Below, in pieces: positions 19,197-29,097 of a stretch of 64,000 nucleotides of DNA. A program made the position numbers and the translations under genes. The DNA lies in assembly GCA_043817155.1 (NCBI GenBank), contig JBDRHE010000059.1, positions 97 to 64,096 on the forward strand, in the 5' to 3' direction. A model generated the notes under the pieces. The model was not told the DNA's origin, searched no databases, and saw nothing but the letters and a program-made list of their open reading frames with translations. Source of the DNA: Candidatus Omnitrophota bacterium (GTDB lineage: Bacteria; Omnitrophota; Gorgyraeia; JABMRN01; RBG-13-46-9). The stretch's first letter is position 1. Every line of letters begins with the position of its first letter.

Positions 19197-20326
19197 CGCT
19201 CTATCGTCCACCTTTTAGCTTTTGAACTAAATCTTGCGAATTCCTTGCCCATAAATCTTCTCTGGCAGTAAAGACAGCTGCCCTGAATATCGCCTTTTAT
19301 AACCACTTCCCGGAAACTCACCATCTTCGGTGTATTGAAATCATAATCTTTATGTATGTTACCTATGTTTCCCCCGTGGCTAAGATGGCAGCAGTATGAA
19401 ACATCGCCATCCGAATTAAAGCAGAAGTAATACCAGGGCTGGACGCATTTCGCCTCCCGAAATGAAGGTGATTCGGGATCAAAGATGTGCGGCAGGCGAA
19501 CGTCAAACGGAAAATTACGCCTCTCAAGCATCTTCGCGAGGAAAATTCGTGTATTTTCATCCTGGAGCGTAAGCGGCGTGTAGCCTTTTGATCCGTGAGG
19601 ATTTATATTATGAAAAACCACGAAACGAGGTTTTATTCTCTCTGATAGTTCCAGCATTTTATCTATAGCCGCGATATTCCCGGTCGAAAGCAGGTATGAC
19701 ACCGAAAAGTTCATATCTCTTTCCCTTAACATGCCAAGCCCCTCCATTATCGAATCAAATCCCGCTTGAGCGCCTCCTCTGGCTTTCTCATATGATTCGT
19801 AATCGTAGGCGTCCATACTAACGTTGATATAGTCCACCCGCGAAAGTCGGGAGATCTTATTTTTTATAAGGACGCCGTTGGTGGATATCTTGACGGTCAA
19901 ACCATGGTCCTTGCATATGCTAACAAGGTCTTCGATCTCGGGATGCAAAAGCGGTTCGCCTCCTGTCAGAAAAACAGTCTCAGCCATCTTAGGGGCTTTG
20001 TATTTCTCAAGCGCAGCGCGAAATTTCTCCGCGGTTATGTAGCTGGGAGTGAACTTATCAGGATCCCTGAGAAGATACAGGCACGTCGGACACCTCAAGT
20101 TACAATTGTCAGTGATTGTGGCCACAAATATCGGTGGAATAAAATCAATTTTTGATCTTCGCAGCACGCTTCTATCATATCGCAACCTGTTTAGATGCTT
20201 TTTGATGCTCCCGGGTTTTCTAATTGTTTTGTAAGGCATTCTCAAAAGCCCCATGTACCTATCCGGTAGTTTAGGCCTGAGATTGCGTTTTACCTGTTTT
20301 TTGCTATACGCTAAATTGTGCATCAT
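19193..20326 (-). CDS. Radical SAM/SPASM(twitch) protein
   Basis: CNLRCPTC, TGGEPLLH, STNG, CVQPW..YCCH, CLYC. Start uncertain. Confidence 0.92.
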   Translation of the reverse strand: MMHNLAYSKKQVKRNLRPKLPDRYMGLLRMPYKTIRKPGSIKKHLNRLRYDRSVLRRSKIDFIPPIFVATITDNCNLRCPTCLYLLRDPDKFTPSYITAEKFRAALEKYKAPKMAETVFLTGGEPLLHPEIEDLVSICKDHGLTVKISTNGVLIKNKISRLSRVDYINVSMDAYDYESYEKARGGAQAGFDSIMEGLGMLRERDMNFSVSYLLSTGNIAAIDKMLELSERIKPRFVVFHNINPHGSKGYTPLTLQDENTRIFLAKMLERRNFPFDVRLPHIFDPESPSFREAKCVQPWYYFCFNSDGDVSYCCHLSHGGNIGNIHKDYDFNTPKMVSFREVVIKGDIQGSCLYCQRRFMGKEFARFSSKAKRWTIER

Positions 20327-22088
20327 ACAACCTTTTGTACAATCCGTCTTTTTCTAAGAGATCCGCGTGACTGCCTTCCTCGGAAATGCCGCCTTCGCTC
20401 AAAACGATAATATTGTCGGCGTGCAAAATTGTCGAAAGCCGGTGAGCGATAGCTATGACCGTGCGATCCTTTGTCAGTTTATCTATTGATTCTGTTATCA
20501 AACGTTCTGTTTCCGTATCCAGGGAGCTGGTTGCCTCATCTAACACCAATATTTCAGGATTATGCATTATGGCCCTCGCGATGGAAAGCCTCTGCTTTTG
20601 GCCTCCCGAAAGCTTCACACCCCTCTCGCCAAGCACCGTATCGTAACCGCGCGGGAGGGCCGCTATAAAACTGTGCGCGTTTGCAGCCTTTGCGGCTCTG
20701 ACAAGTTCCTCCTGCGAAATATCCGAATGCCCGTACGCGATATTCGCTTTTACGCTCACGTTAAAGATAAAAGCATCCTGGGAAACAAACCCTATCTTTC
20801 TCCTCCACTCCTTTAGCGAAAGGTCCTTTATATCTATCCCGTCCACCAGTAAGACGCCTGATTTCAGATCATAAAATCGCAATATCAGATTCACGATAGT
20901 ACTCTTGCCGGCACCCGAGGCTCCGACAAGAGCGGTTATCTTACCATTGGGTATAACGATACTTACGTCTTTCAAAACCTCGCGGTCTTGCATATAGGAG
21001 AAGCTGGCATGTTTAAACTCAAGTGAGTGAGAGAATCTGTCGATCATCTTTTTTCCGCTCTTTAACGTCCTCTTGTCGCTCTCTTCACACATTCTCTCGT
21101 AGTTGGTAAAAGCCGCCAGATTGCTCATTGCCTCCGCGCGTCCGCTATTCAGGGTATTTAGCTGGGTGAGCGTCTTCCCGAGCACAAGCAGGTAGGTGGC
21201 GATTAATGGAAACGTGCCGGCAATGTTTATTTTAGATACGTTTATAGCCACCAAAAAACAGATGACGACGATAGTGAATATCAAAACTTCACATAAGGGC
21301 ATAATGAGATATATATATTTGTTATTCTTGAATTGAAAATGCCACAGATTTTTAACAACGGCTTTAAAATTTCTCTTTTCCAGGTCCTCGGTACTGCACT
21401 GCTTTATAAGTCTTATTCCGCCCAGGATCTCCGTAAGTTTATAATTGAAGTCGGCCAATGCGGCTGACAGATTTATCCCGATTTTCTCCAACTTCTTCAT
21501 GATAAATTCAAGCGGTAGAATAACCATCGCTATCAACGCAAACACAACGATGCTCAGCTTCCAAGAAATCAAAAATAGAAGTAACATATAGGCGCACACC
21601 CTTCCTGAAAGAGCTATAAACTGCAATACCGCCAACGCAAAATTGCCGATACGCTCCACTTCATAACTGATATTACTGATAATGTGGCCGATCTTCGCGC
21701 CGTCAAAGAAGGATGTATCGTATTCCAGTAACTTATTCATGAGCCTGAGGCGCAGATCTCTTACGAGATTAAACCTCAATCGGGCTATCAGAAGATTGGA
21801 AAAATATATAAATACATTTTTAAATATCACTAAAAAAAGCAGCAGTATGAAGATGGCGGATATTATGGTCCCCTGGTTAACTGCTTTAACTGAAAGATCT
21901 AAATTTTCTATAAAAGGTATCTTCTCGATTAGACCCGTAGCATCGGTCGTCATCGCCTTTATAAGAGGTATAAGCATCGCGAAACTCGCGCCTTCAAAAA
22001 GCGACGCAACTACAATTAAAAATACGACCGAAACAGAAAGAATCGGGTATCGCTTCAGATAATTATAGGCAATCGCTACGAGTGTCAT
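20304..22088 (-). CDS. ABC exporter, fused permease/ATPase (MsbA/PglK-like)
   Basis: N-terminal TM domain, GASGAGKS, LSGGQKQR, ILVLDEATSSLD, IAHRLS. Confidence 0.95.
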   Translation of the reverse strand: MTLVAIAYNYLKRYPILSVSVVFLIVVASLFEGASFAMLIPLIKAMTTDATGLIEKIPFIENLDLSVKAVNQGTIISAIFILLLFLVIFKNVFIYFSNLLIARLRFNLVRDLRLRLMNKLLEYDTSFFDGAKIGHIISNISYEVERIGNFALAVLQFIALSGRVCAYMLLLFLISWKLSIVVFALIAMVILPLEFIMKKLEKIGINLSAALADFNYKLTEILGGIRLIKQCSTEDLEKRNFKAVVKNLWHFQFKNNKYIYLIMPLCEVLIFTIVVICFLVAINVSKINIAGTFPLIATYLLVLGKTLTQLNTLNSGRAEAMSNLAAFTNYERMCEESDKRTLKSGKKMIDRFSHSLEFKHASFSYMQDREVLKDVSIVIPNGKITALVGASGAGKSTIVNLILRFYDLKSGVLLVDGIDIKDLSLKEWRRKIGFVSQDAFIFNVSVKANIAYGHSDISQEELVRAAKAANAHSFIAALPRGYDTVLGERGVKLSGGQKQRLSIARAIMHNPEILVLDEATSSLDTETERLITESIDKLTKDRTVIAIAHRLSTILHADNIIVLSEGGISEEGSHADLLEKDGLYKRLYDAQFSV

Positions 22089-24031
22089 TTATAGACCTTT
22101 CTTTTGTCAAATTCTGTCTTTAATAATTCATCAAGCGGGGTACGGATGTTTTCCGGATAGATGTACGGCTCAAAAAGACGTCTCTCATTTACTTGACCCT
22201 TTTTCAAGTCAAATATGCCCCGTATAACATATTCCAGATCTTTCGTCTCTCTTGCGTGATATACGGCCGAGGGCTCTATCTTTCCGTTTTTTCCCGCATC
22301 GCAAGCCGATACGTGACGATAACGTCCATTTCCGCCATACAGCAATACCGGTATCCTATTCTGAAGCGCTTCTTCAATTGTTGTAGAAGAAAAACTCACA
22401 AGCAGTCCGGACATGCCAAGCACATCCCTAAAAGGCTCGTCGATACTCAATACCACTTTTTCCGAAAAAGGTATAAGTCGCTTAAGTGCCTCTGTGTTTA
22501 TTTCGGCGGTAGGACGGAATCTTATTACTAGGACCGTATCGGCCATCGCCGAAACGACACGCGCTAGATCGGAAATAGATCTGATATACTCATCCGGTGT
22601 TTCATATATGTGGAATCTTAAGATATTGCTTGATTTAGGCGTCCCTGCGTGTAAAACTACCTTTATATCTTCAAAATTATGTTTTCCGCCAAACATACTC
22701 TCGAACAATAACTCACTCTTCTCGAGGTTCACAGGGGTTCCCCATATTAAGGGACCGGTCTTAACAAGACGCGCGCGGGAAGGAAATTGTTCCAGATACC
22801 CTTCCGCGAGAGGAGATTGAAGCGCGTAAAGCGGGAACGGACCCCTTAAAAATAGCCTGCCGTGCTCTCCCCACTCGATCCGTTCATAGTCATCCTTTGG
22901 CTTAACGAACGAGCCGTGACTGATAAAAACGGAAGGTATCTCTCGCTTCCGGCACAATTCTGCAAGAATGAGGTCGTCTACCCTGTTTCCGTTTGTGACA
23001 ATGGCACTCGGCTGCAAACGGTCTATAAATTGATCGAGCGTTGCCGTCCATAAGAATTGCCCTACCGTATAGTGGGCGATGTTATCCCGCACTTTCCGGG
23101 ATATGACCCATCCAAACGGAATTCCCTTGTGCGAAAACATCTCTTCTTCTTCACGCATTGCCCGGTCCAGATTTGCGAAGACATTTTTCTGAGTCCCTAT
23201 AGTTTGCGACCGTCTCTTCCATAAAAGATTGAAAAGCAAGTCCGGGACATTAAAAGCGGGCACATATGGTCCTCCGAGATAATAGAATGATGCATTTGGC
23301 ATCTTGGCTTTAAGATCTCTTGCGAGGCTATCCATTCCGTACATCTTTGTGGTAAAAAGAATCACTTCTCTCTTATTGCCAAAAGCTTTTTTCACTAATG
23401 TCATTTTTTCTGACATTTTAAATTTTGCAAATCTCAAAAGGAATTTGGCCGCATCGCCTGCATGAAGTTTCATTGAAATAAGCAATGAATTCCCCCCGGG
23501 GATCTCTTTTTTTAAGAAATCCTCATAATTGAGATTCTGCGCTTGTGCAACTGACCTGGTAAAATATCCGAGATATCTCTCCTCCGGTTCTATGTAGACG
23601 CTCGACGTAGTTTTTCTCCCGAGGGAGGAGGCGTATAACGTCCCGGGTCTATGCATTTCCGTGGCGCTTGTTATAATCTCAATTATCCACAGACAGTAGT
23701 TAATGGAAAAACGTATTAGAAACAGAAACCAGTCTTTATAGGCCTCCCCGACACCCAGGTCCGGATCAGAGAAATTGACCCTCTTCTCTATCCATTCCAT
23801 AAGAATTTTAGATTTCTCAAACGCAGCGATACGCGAACCATCTCCGAAATAAGGCAATGTGCTTTCCGCTGAAATCCCATTTTTCGCCAGGTCGGACCGG
23901 ACTACCGGACTGGTAGCTATAGAAAGAGAATCTTCCGGCATAAGCGTCCCATGACCGGGGTTCTCTTTTACGAATTTCTCGATATCCAAAACAGTATCGA
24001 AGAAAAATATCTTTTTTAGTTTTTTTGGCAT
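22085..24031 (-). CDS. Large uncharacterised protein with GT-B-like C-terminus
   Basis: ~650 aa; FISHG, VKTG, VIRFRP, LLVSFSSTTIEEALQNRIPVL. Confidence 0.55.
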   Translation of the reverse strand: MPKKLKKIFFFDTVLDIEKFVKENPGHGTLMPEDSLSIATSPVVRSDLAKNGISAESTLPYFGDGSRIAAFEKSKILMEWIEKRVNFSDPDLGVGEAYKDWFLFLIRFSINYCLWIIEIITSATEMHRPGTLYASSLGRKTTSSVYIEPEERYLGYFTRSVAQAQNLNYEDFLKKEIPGGNSLLISMKLHAGDAAKFLLRFAKFKMSEKMTLVKKAFGNKREVILFTTKMYGMDSLARDLKAKMPNASFYYLGGPYVPAFNVPDLLFNLLWKRRSQTIGTQKNVFANLDRAMREEEEMFSHKGIPFGWVISRKVRDNIAHYTVGQFLWTATLDQFIDRLQPSAIVTNGNRVDDLILAELCRKREIPSVFISHGSFVKPKDDYERIEWGEHGRLFLRGPFPLYALQSPLAEGYLEQFPSRARLVKTGPLIWGTPVNLEKSELLFESMFGGKHNFEDIKVVLHAGTPKSSNILRFHIYETPDEYIRSISDLARVVSAMADTVLVIRFRPTAEINTEALKRLIPFSEKVVLSIDEPFRDVLGMSGLLVSFSSTTIEEALQNRIPVLLYGGNGRYRHVSACDAGKNGKIEPSAVYHARETKDLEYVIRGIFDLKKGQVNERRLFEPYIYPENIRTPLDELLKTEFDKRKVYK

Positions 24032-25383
24032 TTCGAACAAAACCACTTTCCGATCAGCGAAGAAGCCATCTCAACATCTTCTTCGGTTCTTACCTCTATG
24101 TGTGAATACGGATCGCTGACTTCAAAAATACCTATTCTCTGTCCCATGAGATTCCCTTCACGCAGGAATTCCGGATGCGTTACACACCCTATGCCTTTCA
24201 GCCCGATGAAGCTCGGTTCCTTGAATTTGCGGGGAACGATACCTTCGTCAAGCTGAACAATTTTGCTCGCGTTCTCCTTCCATATGGCTTTGTTCTCCCT
24301 CTTTACTGCGACTACGCTGTCAAATCCTTCCTGGGCAAGGTGCAAAATCATTTTATCCAGAAGTCCTTTTGGCCGGAACGGAAAGGTTGCCTCAAGGGAG
24401 ACTACGATATCGGGAAATATGCCTCTCTCTTCGATCTTCCCAAGAGAATATTGAAGCACCTTGGCTAAGTCGACATGATCATCGGATAGGGCCGAATCCC
24501 TTATAAACGGCGCTTCAGCGCCGAGCTCAATAGCCACTCGCGCGGTCTCTTCGGTGTCCGTAGATACAATGACTCTCTTTATGTACTCTGACTCGGTTGC
24601 CCTCTTTATCGTATAGTAGAGGAGCGGTCTGCCTGCAAGATCTTTTGTGTTCCCACGTACCGGCACAATAGCTACAACATCCAGTTTATTCATATCTATA
24701 TGCTTGTATTTATAATCCGCATTGAGGTCCTCCAATATTCTCACTACATTGGCGCACCGTTCTACATTGCCGTTCTGGTGAATACCATGGTAGTGATAGA
24801 CGCTGGCTTCCGGTTCATATACGATCTTGTAACCGTCTTGTATAGCCCTGTGCGCCCATACCCGATCCTCTATATTTGTTACCGTTTCGTCAAAAGGCAT
24901 CTTCTCCCACAGATCCCGGCGTATCATGCTGTTGGCATTGTGAAAAAAGCTGTCCTTCTTCTGAATCTTGCGGTCCAGACCAAAGATCAAAGCCAGATCT
25001 CTCTTATCCGAATCCGATGTGAAGCTCATTGCCTCCTGTCTACCGTAAACACCGGCTACACCATGATCAACAAAGTTGCTGACGAGCTTCCCGAGCCAGG
25101 AAGAACTTACCGGTATGCAATGTCCGGAAAGAAATGCGATATAAGTGCCCTCCGATTCTTTTATACCCATGTTGAGAGCCTTGCCGGGCAGATAATCCCT
25201 GCAGGTTATGATCTTGCTCACACCGAACTGTCTGACCTTCTCGAGCGTCTTATCGGCGCTCTCGTTGTCTACAACGATAATCTCGAAATCCTTATGGTCC
25301 TGGTGTGAAAGCGCATCCAGAACCTGGGTGATCCAACGCTCCTCGTTCTTTGTTCTTATAATAATGGAGATCGCCTTCTTCAT
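24016..25383 (-). CDS. Fusion: N-terminal GT2 plus C-terminal cytidylyltransferase-like domain
   Basis: SIIIRTKNEE, VDNES.D, LSGHC, EDRVWA; then AIVPVRG, LAGRPL, VSTD, GAEAPFIR, TFPFR. Confidence 0.88.
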   Translation of the reverse strand: MKKAISIIIRTKNEERWITQVLDALSHQDHKDFEIIVVDNESADKTLEKVRQFGVSKIITCRDYLPGKALNMGIKESEGTYIAFLSGHCIPVSSSWLGKLVSNFVDHGVAGVYGRQEAMSFTSDSDKRDLALIFGLDRKIQKKDSFFHNANSMIRRDLWEKMPFDETVTNIEDRVWAHRAIQDGYKIVYEPEASVYHYHGIHQNGNVERCANVVRILEDLNADYKYKHIDMNKLDVVAIVPVRGNTKDLAGRPLLYYTIKRATESEYIKRVIVSTDTEETARVAIELGAEAPFIRDSALSDDHVDLAKVLQYSLGKIEERGIFPDIVVSLEATFPFRPKGLLDKMILHLAQEGFDSVVAVKRENKAIWKENASKIVQLDEGIVPRKFKEPSFIGLKGIGCVTHPEFLREGNLMGQRIGIFEVSDPYSHIEVRTEEDVEMASSLIGKWFCSKCQKN

Positions 25384-25389
25384 GATCTC

Positions 25390-26133
25390 TTACGCCCTAT
25401 TCTTGCTTAGTATCCGGTCATATCTAACCGATAGACCCGCGCCTCTTTTAAGGCCCTTGATCAGAGACTGTACCATCATAAGATCAGTCCGGCTCTTAAC
25501 GATCACAGCCGAGAGCTTGCTGACCGGATAGGTCCCAAACCTCCCACAGAAGAACGCATGCCCATTCCTTTCGAAGGTCTTCATAAAAAGATCTCTTCGC
25601 CATATCATTATCGAATATACAAAAGGTTGTACCGGTACAAGGTCCTGTGTTCTTGAGAAGATTGTGTCGATCTTAAAATTGATCGGTCTGCCCTTATGCA
25701 AACAGTGCACCTGCTCATTCTTGACTGTAATAAGTGAATCTAACCCGGACTTTACGAAATAAGTTACTACGTCCCTTATCTCCTTTGCCCCCTGCAAGGG
25801 TGAAGTCGGATTGACCCATGCAATGATATCGCAAGGATTCTCTTTTAAGAAGTCATAAACCACGCGGTCGGATTTGGCCTTGGATGTTGCCCATCGCTTC
25901 GGCCGTTTATAAAACTCTGCGCCATAGCGTTTGGCTATCTTCTGAAACAACGTATCCTCCGAATTAACGACTATACGGGTGAAAACACCGGACTCCTTTG
26001 CTGCCTGGATAGGATAATATATAAGCGGTTTCCCTGAAATAAGGGCCATGTTCTTCATCGCAAGTCTTGTACTACCCATGCGCGCCGGGATCATGGCGAC
26101 TATATTCTTTCCCTTAAACTTAAATCTTTGCAT
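25390..26133 (-). CDS. Acylneuraminate cytidylyltransferase-like protein
   Basis: MIPARMGSTRLAMKN, GKPLI, YKRP, NPTSPL. Confidence 0.9.
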   Translation of the reverse strand: MQRFKFKGKNIVAMIPARMGSTRLAMKNMALISGKPLIYYPIQAAKESGVFTRIVVNSEDTLFQKIAKRYGAEFYKRPKRWATSKAKSDRVVYDFLKENPCDIIAWVNPTSPLQGAKEIRDVVTYFVKSGLDSLITVKNEQVHCLHKGRPINFKIDTIFSRTQDLVPVQPFVYSIMIWRRDLFMKTFERNGHAFFCGRFGTYPVSKLSAVIVKSRTDLMMVQSLIKGLKRGAGLSVRYDRILSKNRA

Positions 26134-27229
26134 TCTTCTCCTCTGTTTTAACGATCGATTGGTAATAATACCTGAAGTATAAGCTTTGCGCCTTATTAAA
26201 TATCCTGATTACAGGATCACCGCCAGAGTCTTTACGCAATAGCTCCTGTAGATTCTTCTTTTTAAAATTCATGCCGGCAAGGACGCTCTTCATTATCAAG
26301 GCCCCTATCTTTTCAGCGGATACAATGACTCGGCTGGCCCCGGAAGGTTCGTAAGCCAGGTTCGGCGTGCATAGAACACGGGAATATTCGTCCGCATAGA
26401 TTATCTTAAACCTGTGCTTCCGAAGTAGCCCGGTGATGCTCCTTAGATCAAAATTGTAATTATGCTCGATATCGAAGTACCTTAATGTATCTACCAGGCC
26501 ATGGACCTTTATTCCCGGAACCTCTATAAATAGGTACCCGTCCGGTTGCAATATATCATGAAGTCTGGCCAAAACCGCGTTTACATCGCTCACATGCTCA
26601 AGCATGTGTGAAAGGATAATAAGGCCGGGCCTTCTCTTCTGAAAGGTATAATTCATGAAATCCCCATGTACCAAATTAATTCCTTTCTCCTGTCCAAATT
26701 TTATCATCTTTGGATCGAGTTCTATGCCGAGAACGGCAAAACCTTTTCGAAGCCAGGGAAAAAGATTAGCCCCGTCGCTACATCCAAATTCGGCAATCAG
26801 ATCCTCCCGGGGTAACAGTTTGATAAAGTGTGATATAAAACGGAATCTTTCATAAGCAAAGCTATTCACCCTCTCTAAGAAAAGGTCTTCCATTGCCTTA
26901 TGTGAGGTATCCTTTCCTCTCAATGCATAAGAAAGATTCTCATATAGATACCTACTCCCTTCGGGATTTAGTATAGTAGATTTGAAACACCCATCACAAA
27001 AGTCACATATAACTACATCGGACGGAAGCCCCCTTCTGTTGGTTTCGGAAATCTTTGTAAAATCCTTTGTGCCGCAATACGGGCATATATCTATCTGGAT
27101 ATACCTACCCTTATAGTGTATCTCTTCCAGAAAGAGGCGCCTGGCTTCTTTCTGGAACTCAGTTAACCGGTAAGGCATATAATCGGTTCTAAAACTATGT
27201 TCCTTATTTAATAGCTTATCTGTTATCAT
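26120..27229 (-). CDS. Class I SAM methyltransferase with Zn-ribbon
   Basis: CPYC...CDFC, AEFGCSDG, SHMLEH, FIEVP. Confidence 0.85.
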   Translation of the reverse strand: MITDKLLNKEHSFRTDYMPYRLTEFQKEARRLFLEEIHYKGRYIQIDICPYCGTKDFTKISETNRRGLPSDVVICDFCDGCFKSTILNPEGSRYLYENLSYALRGKDTSHKAMEDLFLERVNSFAYERFRFISHFIKLLPREDLIAEFGCSDGANLFPWLRKGFAVLGIELDPKMIKFGQEKGINLVHGDFMNYTFQKRRPGLIILSHMLEHVSDVNAVLARLHDILQPDGYLFIEVPGIKVHGLVDTLRYFDIEHNYNFDLRSITGLLRKHRFKIIYADEYSRVLCTPNLAYEPSGASRVIVSAEKIGALIMKSVLAGMNFKKKNLQELLRKDSGGDPVIRIFNKAQSLYFRYYYQSIVKTEEKNAKI

Positions 27230-27298
27230 CTCTTCTCACTCGTATCCAAATGAGCGGTTTTATATCGTCGAAAATAAGGATTTGAGATTCAAATCCGT

Positions 27299-27406
27299 GT
27301 CATCCCCGCGAAAGCGGGGATCCAGAAGTATATCTTTCTAATGCATTTGTTATTTACGCCTGGATTCCCGCTGGAGTTTAGACCGCAGCAGCGGTCCGGG
27401 AATGAC
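27299..27406. repeat. REP/dRS3-like paired palindromic element in the operon's largest intergenic gap
   Basis: GTCATCCCCGCGAAAGCGGGGATCCAG (27299-27325) and inverted partner CTGGATTCCCG...GGGAATGAC (27360-27406), which contains a nested GACCGC-AGCA-GCGGTC hairpin. Confidence 0.8.
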
Positions 27407-27426
27407 AAACATTCTTATTTGGACCG

Positions 27427-29097
27427 CTATGATCTCTTCTCTTCGATTAGTCTCCTGTTTATCTTTTTGAGCGAAATACCCTGGTCTCCTCCTGAGCAGG
27501 TACCTCTCAACATGCTATCAATACTCTTATCCTTTCTGAATTGCCGATCTATCCTACCGGTGCCAGGCATCCTTCCTGGCTTAAGGGGCGAACGCATAAA
27601 ATAGCTGGCCCTCTTTTTTAGCCTTGTCAAGAGCGTTCCTTTCCTGTAATTGAGCCGCACCAGCATAATGAAATGCGCAAATCTAGCCGGGAGTCGATTC
27701 TTCTTCTTGCGGTTCCTGTCAAGATAATCCATATCGAGAGAATTTTTCAATCGGCCGGCCCAACCTGCTACAACCCTATCCGGAAGATCTGTGAGATTTA
27801 CACTGAAATTACCGTCTCCCGCGTCACCCGCAAGCGATGAAAGATACTTATCTTCATCCTTTATTATGCCGATAAGCTTAGCATACTTATAGAGCTGGGA
27901 GCCAGGGATGGGAATCGCGTACTTCCACTGGTATTGCTTGAAATTAAAATTCAGCGACTTCAGGAACTCGATCGTCTCTTCTATCGATTCATCCGTCTCT
28001 CCCGGCATACCTAGAACAAGCGCCGGTGATGTATATATCCCCGCCTCCTTGGTCCAAAGCGCCGCATCTACATTCTGTTTAACCGTGACGCGCTTATTTA
28101 TGATATTCAACATCCTCTGGCTACCTGATTCGAAACCATATTCTATCATCCAGCAACCTATCTCTTTAAAGCCATGCAGTATGTCACGATCCACGGTATC
28201 TACCCGCATACCGAGTATCCTGAATATTATGTCGAGCTTCCTTCTCTTATACTCCTCTATAAACTCCCAATTACGCTTCTTACTCGGCGCAAAACATTCA
28301 TCGCCAAAGGTGAAGAACCCTACATTAAATTTCTCTATACAGTATTCGATAAAATCGAAGATATACTTTATCGAATGTACCCTAAGTCCTTTGTAGGCCC
28401 TAAAACAGAAGCTACATTCGTTGAAGCACCCTCTGCTTGTTGGAATAGTGATCATTCTCTTTTTTCTTGAGGGGCTATAAATACGTTCATCCGAAATATC
28501 CATACCGAATTTCCTGATAAGTCCTACCCCATCCGGAAGATACTTATCCATATTTACCAGGTCGAACGCCGGGTAAGGTAGTTTATCCAGGTTTATTATA
28601 AGTTGCCTTTTATCCGTAAATACGGGTTTAGAGTCCTTCCTATAGCATATGCCGGCAATGCTCTTTAGATCCCCCTTCCCTTCCAGGCACTTTATCAGTT
28701 CGACAATGGTTACATCCCCCTCACCGCAAACAACAATGTCTATATCTGAATTGTTGAGCACAACAAGAGCAGCGCTTGACAGGCCGCCGCCCAGAATCTG
28801 GGTCTTATGTGGGAACGCCCTTCTGATCTCCCGGCTTAACTCCTTAACATATATATATGAGGTCGCTATTATTCCGCTTATTCCTATATATTTTGGGTCG
28901 ATCTCCTTTATCCTCTCTATAATCTCTTTGATCGTGATCCGTTCGGTATCGATATCCAATATCTCAGGCACATATCCGCTATCCCTAAGCGCGCTGGCTA
29001 TATACATTGAACCGTACGGCGGATACACGGTATTCTTCATGCCAAGCGGCGGAATGACGATCAAAAGATCCGTATTCCTGTCAGAATTCGATACCAT
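27427..29097 (-). CDS. Cobalamin-binding-domain radical SAM protein
   Basis: PPYGSMYIAS, CGEGD, TSRGCFNECSFC, YGFESGS, PIPGS. Confidence 0.93.
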   Translation of the reverse strand: MVSNSDRNTDLLIVIPPLGMKNTVYPPYGSMYIASALRDSGYVPEILDIDTERITIKEIIERIKEIDPKYIGISGIIATSYIYVKELSREIRRAFPHKTQILGGGLSSAALVVLNNSDIDIVVCGEGDVTIVELIKCLEGKGDLKSIAGICYRKDSKPVFTDKRQLIINLDKLPYPAFDLVNMDKYLPDGVGLIRKFGMDISDERIYSPSRKKRMITIPTSRGCFNECSFCFRAYKGLRVHSIKYIFDFIEYCIEKFNVGFFTFGDECFAPSKKRNWEFIEEYKRRKLDIIFRILGMRVDTVDRDILHGFKEIGCWMIEYGFESGSQRMLNIINKRVTVKQNVDAALWTKEAGIYTSPALVLGMPGETDESIEETIEFLKSLNFNFKQYQWKYAIPIPGSQLYKYAKLIGIIKDEDKYLSSLAGDAGDGNFSVNLTDLPDRVVAGWAGRLKNSLDMDYLDRNRKKKNRLPARFAHFIMLVRLNYRKGTLLTRLKKRASYFMRSPLKPGRMPGTGRIDRQFRKDKSIDSMLRGTCSGGDQGISLKKINRRLIEEKRS

